DNA from: Terriglobia bacterium
GTDB lineage: Bacteria > Acidobacteriota > Terriglobia > Bryobacterales > Bryobacteraceae
Assembly: GCA_963762135.1 (NCBI GenBank)
Contig: CAVXJP010000008.1
Span: 944,824 to 1,008,823 of the forward strand
Direction: 5' to 3'
DNA length: 64,000 bases
The first letter of the stretch is position 1. Every line of letters begins with the position of its first letter. The notes below the pieces were generated by a model. The model was not told where the DNA came from. It saw nothing but the letters and a program-made list of their open reading frames with translations, and made no database searches. Positions 9,866-20,911 of the stretch are shown in pieces. A program made the translations under genes and the position numbers.

Positions 9866-11800
9866 GTGTCCACACCCAAGTCCCCCAGCCCCGTACGCGA
9901 GCCCGCAGATCGCTGGACCCTTCAGGAAGCCTCCGAACTCTACGATGTAGAGCGTTGGGGTAAAGGCTATTTTTCCGTTGGCAAGAACGGCCAGCTCTGG
10001 GTCCATCCGGAGAAGGATCCCAGCCGTTCCATCGACCTCAAGGAACTGGTCGACAACCTGCAGAAGCGCGGCATCAGCCTCCCGATTCTGGTCCGCTTCG
10101 GGCAGATTTTGAAGCACCGGCTCGGAGAGATGCACGAGGCGTTCACCAACGCGATCCAGGAGGCCAACTATAAGGGCCGCTACTGCTGCGTGTATCCAAT
10201 TAAAGTGAACCAGCAGTGCCAGGTGGTGGAAGAGATCTTTGAATACGGGCGCCCCTACCAGTTCGGCCTGGAAGCGGGTTCCAAGCCCGAGCTGCTGGCG
10301 GTCCTGGCGATTGCCGACAACGATACGCCGATCATCTGTAACGGGTTCAAGGACAGCGAGTACATCCAGCTCGCGATGATGGCCAAGAAGATCGGCCGGA
10401 AGATCATTCCCGTAGTGGAGAAATACACCGAGCTGGATCTGATCCTGGAGCATTCGCGGGAGATGGGCGTGCGGCCGTCGATCGGGCTGCGGATCAAGCT
10501 GGCCAGCCGGGGCTCGGGACGCTGGAAATCGTCGGGCGGGTATCGCTCCAAGTTCGGGCTCACGCTGGTCGAGGCGCTGAGCGCGCTGGAGCAGCTCAAG
10601 GCGCTCGGGATGGAGGATTGCCTCGAGCTGCTGCACTTCCACCTGGGCAGCCAGATCACCAATATCCGGCAGATCAAGGCCGCGGTCACCGAGGGCGCGC
10701 GAGTCTACGCCGAACTGCGGCAGCACGGGGCCGGCCTGAAATATATGGATGTCGGCGGCGGACTGGGGATCGACTATGACGGCTCGCAGACCGACTTCGA
10801 GTCCAGCGTGAACTATACGCTGCAGGAATACGCCAACGACGTCGTCTATCACATCCAGACCGTGTGCGACGAGTGCGAGGTGCCGCACCCGTCGATCATC
10901 ACCGAGAGCGGGCGGGCCGTGGCCGCCTACCATAGCGTTTTGCTTTTCAATGTCCTGGGAGTTTCAGGATTTGCGGATGGAGAAGCGATCCCCGACGTTC
11001 CGGGCGAGGATGTCGAGGCGCCTCTAAAGGATCTGCAGGCGACGCTGGATGGGCTGACCAAGAAGAATCTGCTGGAGAGCTACCACGACGCACAGCAGGC
11101 CCTGGATGCTTCGCTGAATCTGTTCAGCTTGGGGTATCTGCCGCTGGAGCAGCGCTGCTGGGCCGAGAGTGCCTATTGGACGATCTGCCGGCGAATCCAG
11201 AAGCTCGCGGCGACGCTGGACTTCTTTCCCGAGGAGCTCGAAGGGCTCGATAGTATGCTCTCGGATACCTATTTCTGCAACTTCTCTCTGTTTCAGAGCA
11301 TGCCCGATAGCTGGGCGGTGAAGCAGCTATTCCCGATCCTGCCGATTCACCGGCTGGACGAGCAGCCGGTGCGGCACGCGGTCCTGGGAGACATTTCCTG
11401 CGATTCGGACGGGAAAGTGGATCAGTTTATTGATCGGCGTGACGTGAAGAAGACCCTGCCGCTGCATCTGTTTACGGGCGAGCCCTATGTGCTGGGCGCG
11501 TTCCTGGTGGGTGCCTATCAGGAGATCTTGGGCGACCTGCACAACCTATTCGGCGATACCAATGCCGTGCACGTGAGCCTGGATGAGGGCGGCCGGGTTG
11601 CGCTGGACGCGGTGATTGAGGGCGATACGGTCCATGAGGTTCTGGATTACGTGCAGTTCGACTCCAAGACGCTGGTGAAGCAGTTCCGCCGTTCGGTGGA
11701 GGAGGCGGTGCGTGCCGACCGGATCACCTTTGAGGAGTCCGGCCGCCTGCTGAAGTTCTACGAAGACGGGCTGGACGGGTACACCTACCTGGAGCAGTGA
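9866..11800 (+). CDS. speA: Biosynthetic arginine decarboxylase
   Basis: 644 aa. WGKGYFSVG, CVYPIKVNQQ and EAGSKPEL are characteristic SpeA motifs. GTG start. Confidence 0.9.
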   Translation: MSTPKSPSPVREPADRWTLQEASELYDVERWGKGYFSVGKNGQLWVHPEKDPSRSIDLKELVDNLQKRGISLPILVRFGQILKHRLGEMHEAFTNAIQEANYKGRYCCVYPIKVNQQCQVVEEIFEYGRPYQFGLEAGSKPELLAVLAIADNDTPIICNGFKDSEYIQLAMMAKKIGRKIIPVVEKYTELDLILEHSREMGVRPSIGLRIKLASRGSGRWKSSGGYRSKFGLTLVEALSALEQLKALGMEDCLELLHFHLGSQITNIRQIKAAVTEGARVYAELRQHGAGLKYMDVGGGLGIDYDGSQTDFESSVNYTLQEYANDVVYHIQTVCDECEVPHPSIITESGRAVAAYHSVLLFNVLGVSGFADGEAIPDVPGEDVEAPLKDLQATLDGLTKKNLLESYHDAQQALDASLNLFSLGYLPLEQRCWAESAYWTICRRIQKLAATLDFFPEELEGLDSMLSDTYFCNFSLFQSMPDSWAVKQLFPILPIHRLDEQPVRHAVLGDISCDSDGKVDQFIDRRDVKKTLPLHLFTGEPYVLGAFLVGAYQEILGDLHNLFGDTNAVHVSLDEGGRVALDAVIEGDTVHEVLDYVQFDSKTLVKQFRRSVEEAVRADRITFEESGRLLKFYEDGLDGYTYLEQ

Positions 11801-12074
11801 TCCCCAGAAGGCAGAGCACAGAATTCAGAGCTCTTCAGAACCGCAACCCGAGGAGGGTGGGCTTCAAGCCCGCGCGGCACTTCAGCGTCGCCAACCGTCG
11901 CCTTCAGAACCCCGAGCCGTCTTGAGCTCCAAAGCATTTGGGTGAAACCCCGCAAGCATGGCCCGGCTCGCGCCGATTGCCGCAAGCCGTGCGGGCGGAG
12001 TTCGGGTCGGTTCTGCTGAAAACACAGTTGTTTCCCGCATCCGGTCTTGGCAACCGGTTTGCATTTCTCCTGGC

Positions 12075-13229
12075 ATGGGTCAAATCGTAGCTGCTATGGC
12101 GACCATGCATGCGCCGCAATTATTCACGCGGCCGCCGGAGGAAGATCCAGCCCAACTGGATGCAGGGATCGCCGCGATGGGCAAGTTGGGGGAATACCTC
12201 GACGAGACGAAGCCGGACGCACTGATCATTTTTGCCAGTGACCATCTGGAATCGTTTTTCCTGAAGTCGGTGCCGACGTTTGAGGTGGTGTCCGGAACCC
12301 ATGCGAACGCCGTTTTCGCGGGCCGCACCTGGAACCCTCCGATCCATCAGCGCCTGGCTGAGGATCTGCTGGACGAATTGGTGGACCGCGACTTCGATAT
12401 GTCCTATTCGCAGGAGTGCGAGCTGGGGCATTCGTTCGCGGCGCCGTTTGAGTGGGTGCTGGGGAAGCGCGATATTCCTGTGGTTCCGATTTTCGTGAAT
12501 ACCTATCTGCCTCCATTGCCGAAGGCTCGCCGTTGCGCGGCGCTGGGCAAAGCGATCGCCAATATTGTTGCGGGACGGAAGGAACGGGTCGCGGTGCTGG
12601 CCAGCGGCGGGATGTCGCACTATCCGGGAACGATCCGTTATTACGAGCCGGCGTATGAGTTCGATCGCTGGTGCATCACCGAACTCGAGAACGGCTACAG
12701 CGATTCGTTCCTGGATCTGACGCCGCAGCAGCTGGACGAGGTCGGCAACACGGAGATGTTGCCCTGGGCGGTGGTGCTGGGCGCGGTCGGGCAGCAACAC
12801 ATGGAGCTTCTGAGCTATCAGCCGACGCTCCATCATGGTCATGCGGTTTCGATTTTCCGTCCCGGTCCGCCAGCGGAGTGGAAACCGAAGCAGCCGCCCT
12901 ATTCATTCCTGAATGATCCGCACGAGTATTACAAGCATCCGTCTCTGTCGGCGTTCCGGTTGAATCAGCTGCTCTATGATTCGCGCCACAAGCCGGTGCT
13001 GCGGAAGCGGCTGCTGTCGAATCCGGCGGAGGTCGCTGCGGAGTATGACCTGAATCCGGACCAGACCCGGGTCGTCATGGACACGATGCGGCTATCCAAC
13101 AACGGGACGGACCGGCCCGCGCGCGATGCCGATCCGCTGGTGGCGATGGGCGCTCACCCGGTCGGCGCGCTGATGGCGATCCACGTCTTGCAGGCTGAAC
13201 AGCGCCGTATGCAGAAACCCGCGGCCTAA
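12075..13229 (+). CDS. Class III extradiol ring-cleavage dioxygenase (LigB-like with C-terminal LigA-like domain)
   Basis: Start at MGQIVAAMATMHAPQLF. The LigB core is followed by a LigA-like tail (LNQLLYDSRHKPVLRKRLLSNP). Confidence 0.65.
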   Translation: MGQIVAAMATMHAPQLFTRPPEEDPAQLDAGIAAMGKLGEYLDETKPDALIIFASDHLESFFLKSVPTFEVVSGTHANAVFAGRTWNPPIHQRLAEDLLDELVDRDFDMSYSQECELGHSFAAPFEWVLGKRDIPVVPIFVNTYLPPLPKARRCAALGKAIANIVAGRKERVAVLASGGMSHYPGTIRYYEPAYEFDRWCITELENGYSDSFLDLTPQQLDEVGNTEMLPWAVVLGAVGQQHMELLSYQPTLHHGHAVSIFRPGPPAEWKPKQPPYSFLNDPHEYYKHPSLSAFRLNQLLYDSRHKPVLRKRLLSNPAEVAAEYDLNPDQTRVVMDTMRLSNNGTDRPARDADPLVAMGAHPVGALMAIHVLQAEQRRMQKPAA

Positions 13230-13326
13230 CGCTCCCCGAAGGCCTAATAACAGAGAAAAGCGAAGACGAAACGATGGGCCGGCTCTGATGCCAGCCCATC
13301 GTGTGTTTATGGGCAGAGGCGGGCGG

Positions 13327-14016
13327 TTACTGGCTTGCCTTCCGGACGCGCTTGGCGGTGTTCTCCAGCTCGATGACGCGGGGAAACAGGACTTCATTTT
13401 CGATCCGGCAGTGGAGGTCCAGAGCTGTTTGCAGATCTCGCAGGCCGTCATCCAGATGGCGCAAGTCTCCCGATTCCGCCGCCAGATTGTGCTGCTCGCA
13501 GAACCCGCGGAGGTCTTCCATGACGCTCAATTCCTCATCATGATCCCGGGTGAGCATCGAGACCGGGTTTCGGATCGAGCCGAAGGAAGGCCGTTCGAGC
13601 GGCGATCCGGTCTCCACGGCGCGTTCGAGAGCGACGGCGGCTGGGAACAGGACCTGTTCTTCCCCCTGGAGATGCCCGGTCAGGGCGGTGCGCAGCCGGG
13701 CCAGTCCGGCGGCGATCGGGGCGAGGGAGGGATTGGCGGGGGAAACCCCATCGTTTGCGCGGAAGGCCAAATCCTCTAGGAAGGGAAGCTCGGTAGTGGT
13801 CCAACGGGCGTGATCGGCGCAAAGGTGATCCACCAGCTCAGCTAGAGACGCGGATTTCCAGTAGGCTAGCGGGTCCCCGGTTTCTCCTGAAGGAGGGTGC
13901 TCTTCCGTAGATATCCCTACCTCGGAAACCCCCTCTTCTGCGTGATACGACGCACCTGATCCGCTCGAAGTCGCCCAGGCAGGGTTTTCCATACTGTCTT
14001 TCTTCACCCTCATCAC
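13327..14016 (-). CDS. Hemerythrin-like di-iron protein (RIC/YtfE-type C-terminal domain)
   Basis: HLCADHARW, GEEQVLFPA, RDHDEE and IENEVLFPRV align to the four YtfE hemerythrin helices. The start may be the internal Met at 13992. Confidence 0.65.
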   Translation of the reverse strand: MMRVKKDSMENPAWATSSGSGASYHAEEGVSEVGISTEEHPPSGETGDPLAYWKSASLAELVDHLCADHARWTTTELPFLEDLAFRANDGVSPANPSLAPIAAGLARLRTALTGHLQGEEQVLFPAAVALERAVETGSPLERPSFGSIRNPVSMLTRDHDEELSVMEDLRGFCEQHNLAAESGDLRHLDDGLRDLQTALDLHCRIENEVLFPRVIELENTAKRVRKASQ

Positions 14017-14277
14017 CGCTAACCAGCACTAAATTTATCCAATAAATCCGGTGCAATCCAACTGCCGAAGGGATTCTCAGGCCGGGATTTTCGGGTGCCG
14101 GGTTTCCAAAAAATAAGAACTTTACCCCGGGAGCTTCGCAATCCTCTATAATCTCTTGGAAGAAAACAAGTTCTGGCAAGCCACTTGGTCCCCACAAGCG
14201 GAGTCACAGATCGGTATCGCCGCCCGGCATCGGGCGCGCCCCGGGCCAAGCTGCGCCAGAAGGCGCGACGGGCTTAG

Positions 14278-15558
14278 GTGTGGTCACCCAATTGCAGGAC
14301 CAGGGCTCGTTCAAAAGGATGCGGTAGGGGTAAGACTGTGAATCAAAAAACAGATCCGAATCAGATTTCCCAGATGCCGGGGAACTCGTCGGCGGATCCC
14401 GCTGCGACGGATGTCCGGTTCCGGGAACTCTTGGAGGCGGCTCCAGACGCCATCATGCAGGTGGACGAGAAAGGCCAGATCGTGCTCCTCAACCGGGTTA
14501 CCGAAAAGATGTTCGGTTACCGCCGGGAGGAACTGCTGGGTCAGAGGGTGGAAATCCTGGTGCCAGCCGCCTCCCGTTCCTCGCATGGGGTTCGGCGCGA
14601 TGGATATCGCCAGCGTCCGGTAACGCGCACGATGGGCGCGGGACTGGCCTTGGAGGGACAGCGAAAGGACGGAACGCTGTTTCCAGTGGAGATCAGCCTG
14701 AGCCCCTCGGGTTCGGCGCAGGAGTTTCGCGTTACCGCGATCATCCGGGATACCACCGAGCGCAAGCAGGCTGAAGACAAGCTGCGGGCGGTTCGGGAAA
14801 AATACGTCGAAAAGCTCAGCGAGCAGAACCAGGAATTGGAGCTGCGCAATCGGGAGATCGAGAAGGCGAACCGGCTGAAGAGCGAATTCCTGGCCAGCAT
14901 GAGCCATGAGCTGCGCACGCCACTGCATACGATCATTGGATTCTCCGAATTGCTGGCCGAGGAGCTCGAGGGGCCGTTGAACCAGAAACAGCGGCGTTTT
15001 GTCGACCATATCCACACCGATTCCCTGCATCTGCTGGAATTGATTAACGACATCCTCGATCTCAGCAAGATTGAGGCGGGGCGGCTGGATTTGCGTCCGG
15101 AAGTCTTCGATTTTTCAGGGGTTCTTGCTGAGTCGGTCAATTCCATCCGTACGCTGGCCGACGCCAAGAGCTTGAATCTGGAAACCGAGGTGGAACTCCG
15201 CACGGCACTGACGGCGGACCGGCTGCGGGTGAAGCAGATTCTGGTCAACCTGCTCAGCAATGCGGTGAAGTTCACGCCGGACGAGGGAAGCATCCGGGTT
15301 CATGCGCTGGAGAGCGATGGGAATCTGATTGTCTCCGTTTCCGACACCGGGATTGGAATTGCCCCGGATGATCTGGAGGCGATTTTTCAGGAGTTTCATC
15401 AGGCCGGCGTCACGACCAAGGGGGTCCGGGAAGGGACCGGCCTGGGACTGGCGATCACGAAACACCTGATCGAGCTTCACGGTGGAACGATCTCGGTGGA
15501 GAGTACGCCGGGCGAGGGAAGCACGTTCCAGATGGTGCTGCCGATGGAGAGGCCCTAG
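14278..15558 (+). CDS. PAS-domain sensor histidine kinase
   Basis: PAS region, HisKA H-box SHELRTPL, HATPase_c G-boxes. The start is uncertain (GTG at 14338 is possible). Confidence 0.85.
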   Translation: MWSPNCRTRARSKGCGRGKTVNQKTDPNQISQMPGNSSADPAATDVRFRELLEAAPDAIMQVDEKGQIVLLNRVTEKMFGYRREELLGQRVEILVPAASRSSHGVRRDGYRQRPVTRTMGAGLALEGQRKDGTLFPVEISLSPSGSAQEFRVTAIIRDTTERKQAEDKLRAVREKYVEKLSEQNQELELRNREIEKANRLKSEFLASMSHELRTPLHTIIGFSELLAEELEGPLNQKQRRFVDHIHTDSLHLLELINDILDLSKIEAGRLDLRPEVFDFSGVLAESVNSIRTLADAKSLNLETEVELRTALTADRLRVKQILVNLLSNAVKFTPDEGSIRVHALESDGNLIVSVSDTGIGIAPDDLEAIFQEFHQAGVTTKGVREGTGLGLAITKHLIELHGGTISVESTPGEGSTFQMVLPMERP

Positions 15559-15563
15559 ATGGC

Positions 15564-15944
15564 ATGAGCAACGTGGCTCAAGAAAAAACCGTACTGGTCG
15601 TCGACGATAACCCCAATGGCCGGGAACTGGTCCGAACGGTTTTAGAGAAGCTGGGCTACCAGGTTCACGAAGCCCCGGATGGCCGGGCGGGAATGGAGGC
15701 GGCCGGCAGGTTGCGTCCCGACCTGATCGTTCTGGATCTGCACATGCCGGGGCTGACCGGTTTCGAGGTGATCGCGCTCCTGCGTCAGTCCGACGACTTC
15801 GCCGCCACGCCGGTACTCGCCCTGACGGCCAGCGCGATGATGGGAGACCGGGAGCGGGCTCTGGCGGCCGGCTTTACCGGCTATGTGACCAAACCGATTC
15901 GCCTGGCGGATCTAAGGAGCGAAGTGGAGCGCCTGCTGGCGTAG
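15564..15944 (+). CDS. Single-domain response regulator (receiver)
   Basis: 126 aa. VLVVDDN..DLIVLDLHMPG..KP receiver pattern. Confidence 0.85.
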   Translation: MSNVAQEKTVLVVDDNPNGRELVRTVLEKLGYQVHEAPDGRAGMEAAGRLRPDLIVLDLHMPGLTGFEVIALLRQSDDFAATPVLALTASAMMGDRERALAAGFTGYVTKPIRLADLRSEVERLLA

Positions 15945-15969
15945 CCTCGCTGTAAGAAAGGGAAGTGCA

Positions 15970-17421
<1,452 letters not shown>

Positions 17422-17457
17422 TCGATCCGCGGCCCCGGCATGTGACCGGATGTCGAC

Positions 17458-18324
17458 TCAAACGCTGATCACCGGACAGGGCGAGTGGCGGATGATCCCA
17501 TAGGACTGGGTCCGCAGCCGGCCGAGTGACTCGTGCACCAGACCGCGGCCGATCACCACAAGGTCCGCGTTATGGCGTTTGCCCTCGGCTTCCAGAACCA
17601 CCGCCGGGTCGCCGGCTTCGATGCAAAGCGGCGCGTCGATGCCCGCCGACGTCAACATATCCTCGATCTTCCTCCGGGCGTCGCTGGCGAGTTCATCCTC
17701 CAGGTTCCGGTTCAGCGCGGCCTCCGGCCAAGACTCCACGCCGGTAACGGCATGGACAACGCGGAGCGTCGCGCCGACGGTCTTGGCAAGAGTGCCGGCC
17801 CACTGCACTACGGGGATGGTCTTTTCGGTGCCGTCGAAGGCGCAAACCACGTTTCGGACCGGCCGGTGGGCGCCGACCTCGGGCTCTTCCACGTGCGCCG
17901 CGGTCCACACCGGACACTCTGCGTCATGCAACACCTTGGCGGTCACCGAGCCGAGCAACAAGGAGCGAAATGGCCCGTAGCCGTGCGTGGGCATCATGAT
18001 TAGGTCAATGCCGTTCGCGTGAGCGTACTCGGTGATCACTTCTCCGGGTTCGCCAATCTTGGTGACGCGCGAGACGGGAATGCCGGACAGCTCCGAGGTG
18101 AAGGTTCCCTTCAGCCGGGTATCCAGATCCTCCCGCAGTTCCTCCATGTCGACCGTGACCGCGGCGCCCGCCTCGGCGACGCCCAGCTGCCAAAGCGGCG
18201 CCAGCGCGCTGATCAGCGTGACCTGGGCATTAAAAGTTTTGGCGAAATCCTTGACGAAGGGTACAGCCGCGGTGCAACGTTCCGAAAAATCCACTGGGAA
18301 CAAAATATGTTTGACGGTCAGCAC
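17458..18324 (-). CDS. Tandem universal stress protein (UspA family)
   Basis: Two Usp domains (KHILFPVDFS.. and ..VVIGRG..GSV). GTG start preceded by GGAGGAGG-N6. Confidence 0.75.
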   Translation of the reverse strand: MLTVKHILFPVDFSERCTAAVPFVKDFAKTFNAQVTLISALAPLWQLGVAEAGAAVTVDMEELREDLDTRLKGTFTSELSGIPVSRVTKIGEPGEVITEYAHANGIDLIMMPTHGYGPFRSLLLGSVTAKVLHDAECPVWTAAHVEEPEVGAHRPVRNVVCAFDGTEKTIPVVQWAGTLAKTVGATLRVVHAVTGVESWPEAALNRNLEDELASDARRKIEDMLTSAGIDAPLCIEAGDPAVVLEAEGKRHNADLVVIGRGLVHESLGRLRTQSYGIIRHSPCPVISV

Positions 18325-18458
18325 GTCATTCCTCCTCCGGGCGTCGACGAGCAAATACAGAAGCCCGGCCTCTCTCCGGATAGGGCCATCCCTCTTCCGT
18401 GAGCCCGCGCTCTCTTCCCCCATGCTTTGCGTTCGTCAGAACGTCCGCACCTAAACGT

Positions 18459-18474
18459 AGCAATTCCTCGACCA
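18459..18474 (-). promoter_or_regulatory. Candidate sigma-54 (-24/-12) promoter upstream of usp
   Basis: The minus strand reads TGGTCGAGGAATTGCT (TGG-N9-TTGCT, i.e. GG-N10-GC spacing), about 135 nt upstream of the usp GTG. An NtrC-like activator gene lies next door. Confidence 0.3.
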
Positions 18475-18715
18475 TCCTAGTCGTTCGTGGGAGTCGGCGA
18501 CAAGCCATGTCGCTTTGCCGATGGATCCTGGTTCTCATGGTGGTGAGAGGCGGGCCGTGGCCGGGAGAAACCGGGCCGAAAAGGCGGAACTTACCGGCGG
18601 CGTCCTCCGCCTAAGCGAAACAGATTAAATCGATCTTGTTTCATCCTCAGGTAGCCAAACTATGACACACTAGCTAGATTAGGCCAGCGGCCGGATCCGG
18701 ACGGTCCCAAATTCG

Positions 18716-19768
18716 ATGGACGGCAAGAAAGTACAGCAATATCAGTTCCTCGACAAGCTGGGGGAAGGCGGGATGGGAGAGATCTATCGCGCCCAGGATA
18801 CCCGCCTGAACCGGTTTGTGGCGATCAAGTGTTTGACTGCGGCTAAGACGGGCGATACGGAACGCCGCAGGCGCTTCATTCAGGAAGCCCAGGCCGCCTC
18901 CGCGCTGAACCATCCGAATATTATCACCATCCATGACATTCTGTCGGAGAACGGCGCCGACTACCTGGTGATGGAGTACGTGCAGGGGCACACGTTCGTG
19001 GAAGAGATCCCCAAGGGCGGTCTGCGGGTGCCACAGGTCATCAAGATGGGCATCCAGATGGCCGACGCCCTGCAAGCCGCGCACGCGGCGGGCATCATCC
19101 ATCGCGACCTGAAGCCGGCCAACTTCATGGTGACCTCCACCGGGCTGGTGAAGATTCTGGATTTCGGTTTGGCGAAGCTGACCGATTCCTCGCCGATGGG
19201 CGGGGACGCCGACGACGCCACCAAGACGATCGCCGAAGCGCCGCTGACCGTGGAAGGCTCCATCATCGGGACCGTCAGCTATATGTCGCCGGAGCAGGCG
19301 CAGGGCCAGAAGGTGGATGCGCGCTCCGATATCTTTTCCTTTGGCGTCGTGCTGTACGAGATGATCACCGGCGAACGCGCGTTCCGGGGGGACTCCGCCG
19401 TCAGCACCTTGACCGCGATTCTGCGCGATGAGGTCAAGCCGATTGCCGAATCCAATCCGGATGTGCCGGATGAGCTCGATGATATCGTCTGGCGCTGCTT
19501 GCGCAAAGATCCGGATGAGCGCTTCCAGTCAATGAAGGAAGTGCATGCGGCGCTTTCGTTGATGCGGCACGAGTCGGAATCGGCGCTGATGCATCGGGAG
19601 CAGTTGGCGAATGCCAGCGCCAACCCGGGACCACGCAGCGGGGTTCGCGGGCCGCTTTCGTCTTCGCGGATCCGGCCACTCTTCTTCTTCTTCTTCTTCT
19701 TCAGGCGCCGGGCAGCCGCCGGCCGAGCAAGCAGCCTCCGGAGGGATGCTGTTCGGACTTCCCAATAA
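18716..19768 (+). CDS. Hanks-type Ser/Thr protein kinase (catalytic domain). The tail is probably frameshifted into the downstream ORF.
   Basis: GEGGMGEIY, VAIK, HRDLKPAN, DFGLA, SPEQ motifs. The in-frame tail is an implausible poly-Phe across a (CTT)n repeat. Confidence 0.8.
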   Translation: MDGKKVQQYQFLDKLGEGGMGEIYRAQDTRLNRFVAIKCLTAAKTGDTERRRRFIQEAQAASALNHPNIITIHDILSENGADYLVMEYVQGHTFVEEIPKGGLRVPQVIKMGIQMADALQAAHAAGIIHRDLKPANFMVTSTGLVKILDFGLAKLTDSSPMGGDADDATKTIAEAPLTVEGSIIGTVSYMSPEQAQGQKVDARSDIFSFGVVLYEMITGERAFRGDSAVSTLTAILRDEVKPIAESNPDVPDELDDIVWRCLRKDPDERFQSMKEVHAALSLMRHESESALMHREQLANASANPGPRSGVRGPLSSSRIRPLFFFFFFFRRRAAAGRASSLRRDAVRTSQ

Positions 19769-20891
19769 GGTTGTACTGGGGAGCATGGTCGGCATTCTCC
19801 TGCTGGTGATTCTGGTGATGTCGTTCCGTGACGGATCGTCGGATTCAGGCACAACCGAGCAGGCCGCTACCGACGCCGAGGCCGCGCAAATGATGAGCGA
19901 CGCGGCCGCCGATGAATTGGCCGGCGCAACCTTGACCAACCCGATCATCATCGCGATGGTCGAAGCCGAGGTTCCCTCGGAAGTGATTCTCAGTCAGATT
20001 AAGAACTCGCCGACGGATTTCAGTTTGCTACCCACCGATATCATTTCGCTGACCGCGGCCGGAGTGCCGGGTTTCATGATTGAAGCGATGCGAGATCCGT
20101 CGTCGATCCCCGACGTTCCCTTCATTCCGGAAGGGTCCGCCGATGCGAAGGCGTCCGCCAAGGGAACTGCTCCGAAGGATGCCCCCAAAGCTCCGGTGAA
20201 GCAGGAAAAGGCGGCGACGAAGTCGAGTTCTCCCACGCAGACGGCGAAAAATACGAAATCTTCCCCGGCACCCGCCAAGTCGGCGCCGACCCCGGCGCAA
20301 GCCGAGAATACCAAGGCGAAGTCCGCGGAACCTGAGGAGGTCGAGGAAGCCCGGTCAAAGGCGAATCAGGTGCGCGCGCAGATCGCGATGGCCCTGGCCC
20401 GAGCCAAGAGCGTCGCTCCGGAGACCGCCGAGGCGAATCCGAACGAACTGGAGCTGGCGCCGGCCGCTCCGCGGATGCGTCAGGTGACGCTGAAGGACGG
20501 GATGCCGGTAAAGATCCGGCTCTCGGCGGATGTGCCGAACGACACCAAGAAGGGCGCGACGCTGCGATTCGTGGTCGGCGCGGAAGTGCTGGCCGACGGC
20601 GCGGTGGTGCTGCGTCCGGGTGCACCCGTGGTGGGGGAGATTTCAAAGGAGCCGAGCCGTGGATTTCTGTTCGGCGGGTCGGACATGATGCTGACGCTGG
20701 GGTCTGCGACGGGTGTGGACGGCAGCAAGATCAAGCTCCGCGCGCTTCCCAAGAAGAATTCAGATGGGGAAACGGAACGTCCGGTAAAGACGGGAACTCC
20801 GGCGCCCGCCGATGGCCTCGCGGCGAATGCGGGCACCGAGTACATTGCCTATGTCGACGGGGACGCTCAGATCGAAGTCCCCGCCGAGTAG
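19611..20891 (+). CDS. Membrane-anchored extracytoplasmic region, likely the C-terminal part of the 18716 kinase or a separate gene starting at 19746
   Basis: Poly-Ser linker, TM helix VVLGSMVGILLLVILVM, an AGV-type helical repeat, a K/A/P-rich low-complexity stretch and a C-terminal beta domain. Confidence 0.5.
   Translation: MPAPTRDHAAGFAGRFRLRGSGHSSSSSSSSGAGQPPAEQAASGGMLFGLPNKVVLGSMVGILLLVILVMSFRDGSSDSGTTEQAATDAEAAQMMSDAAADELAGATLTNPIIIAMVEAEVPSEVILSQIKNSPTDFSLLPTDIISLTAAGVPGFMIEAMRDPSSIPDVPFIPEGSADAKASAKGTAPKDAPKAPVKQEKAATKSSSPTQTAKNTKSSPAPAKSAPTPAQAENTKAKSAEPEEVEEARSKANQVRAQIAMALARAKSVAPETAEANPNELELAPAAPRMRQVTLKDGMPVKIRLSADVPNDTKKGATLRFVVGAEVLADGAVVLRPGAPVVGEISKEPSRGFLFGGSDMMLTLGSATGVDGSKIKLRALPKKNSDGETERPVKTGTPAPADGLAANAGTEYIAYVDGDAQIEVPAE
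19680..19702 (+). repeat. (CTT)7 trinucleotide microsatellite
   Basis: tcttcttcttcttcttcttcttc read directly. It encodes poly-Ser in the 19611 frame and poly-Phe in the kinase frame. Confidence 0.9.
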
Positions 20892-20911
20892 AGGTTTGTT
20901 CTCGGGACGGC

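Noticed and set aside
14121-14152. Perfect TATAAT at 14147-14152 upstream of the PAS kinase operon as a promoter.
   Set aside because: The best -35-like hexamer (TTTACC at 14121) is 20 nt away. A -10 match alone is not enough to call a promoter.
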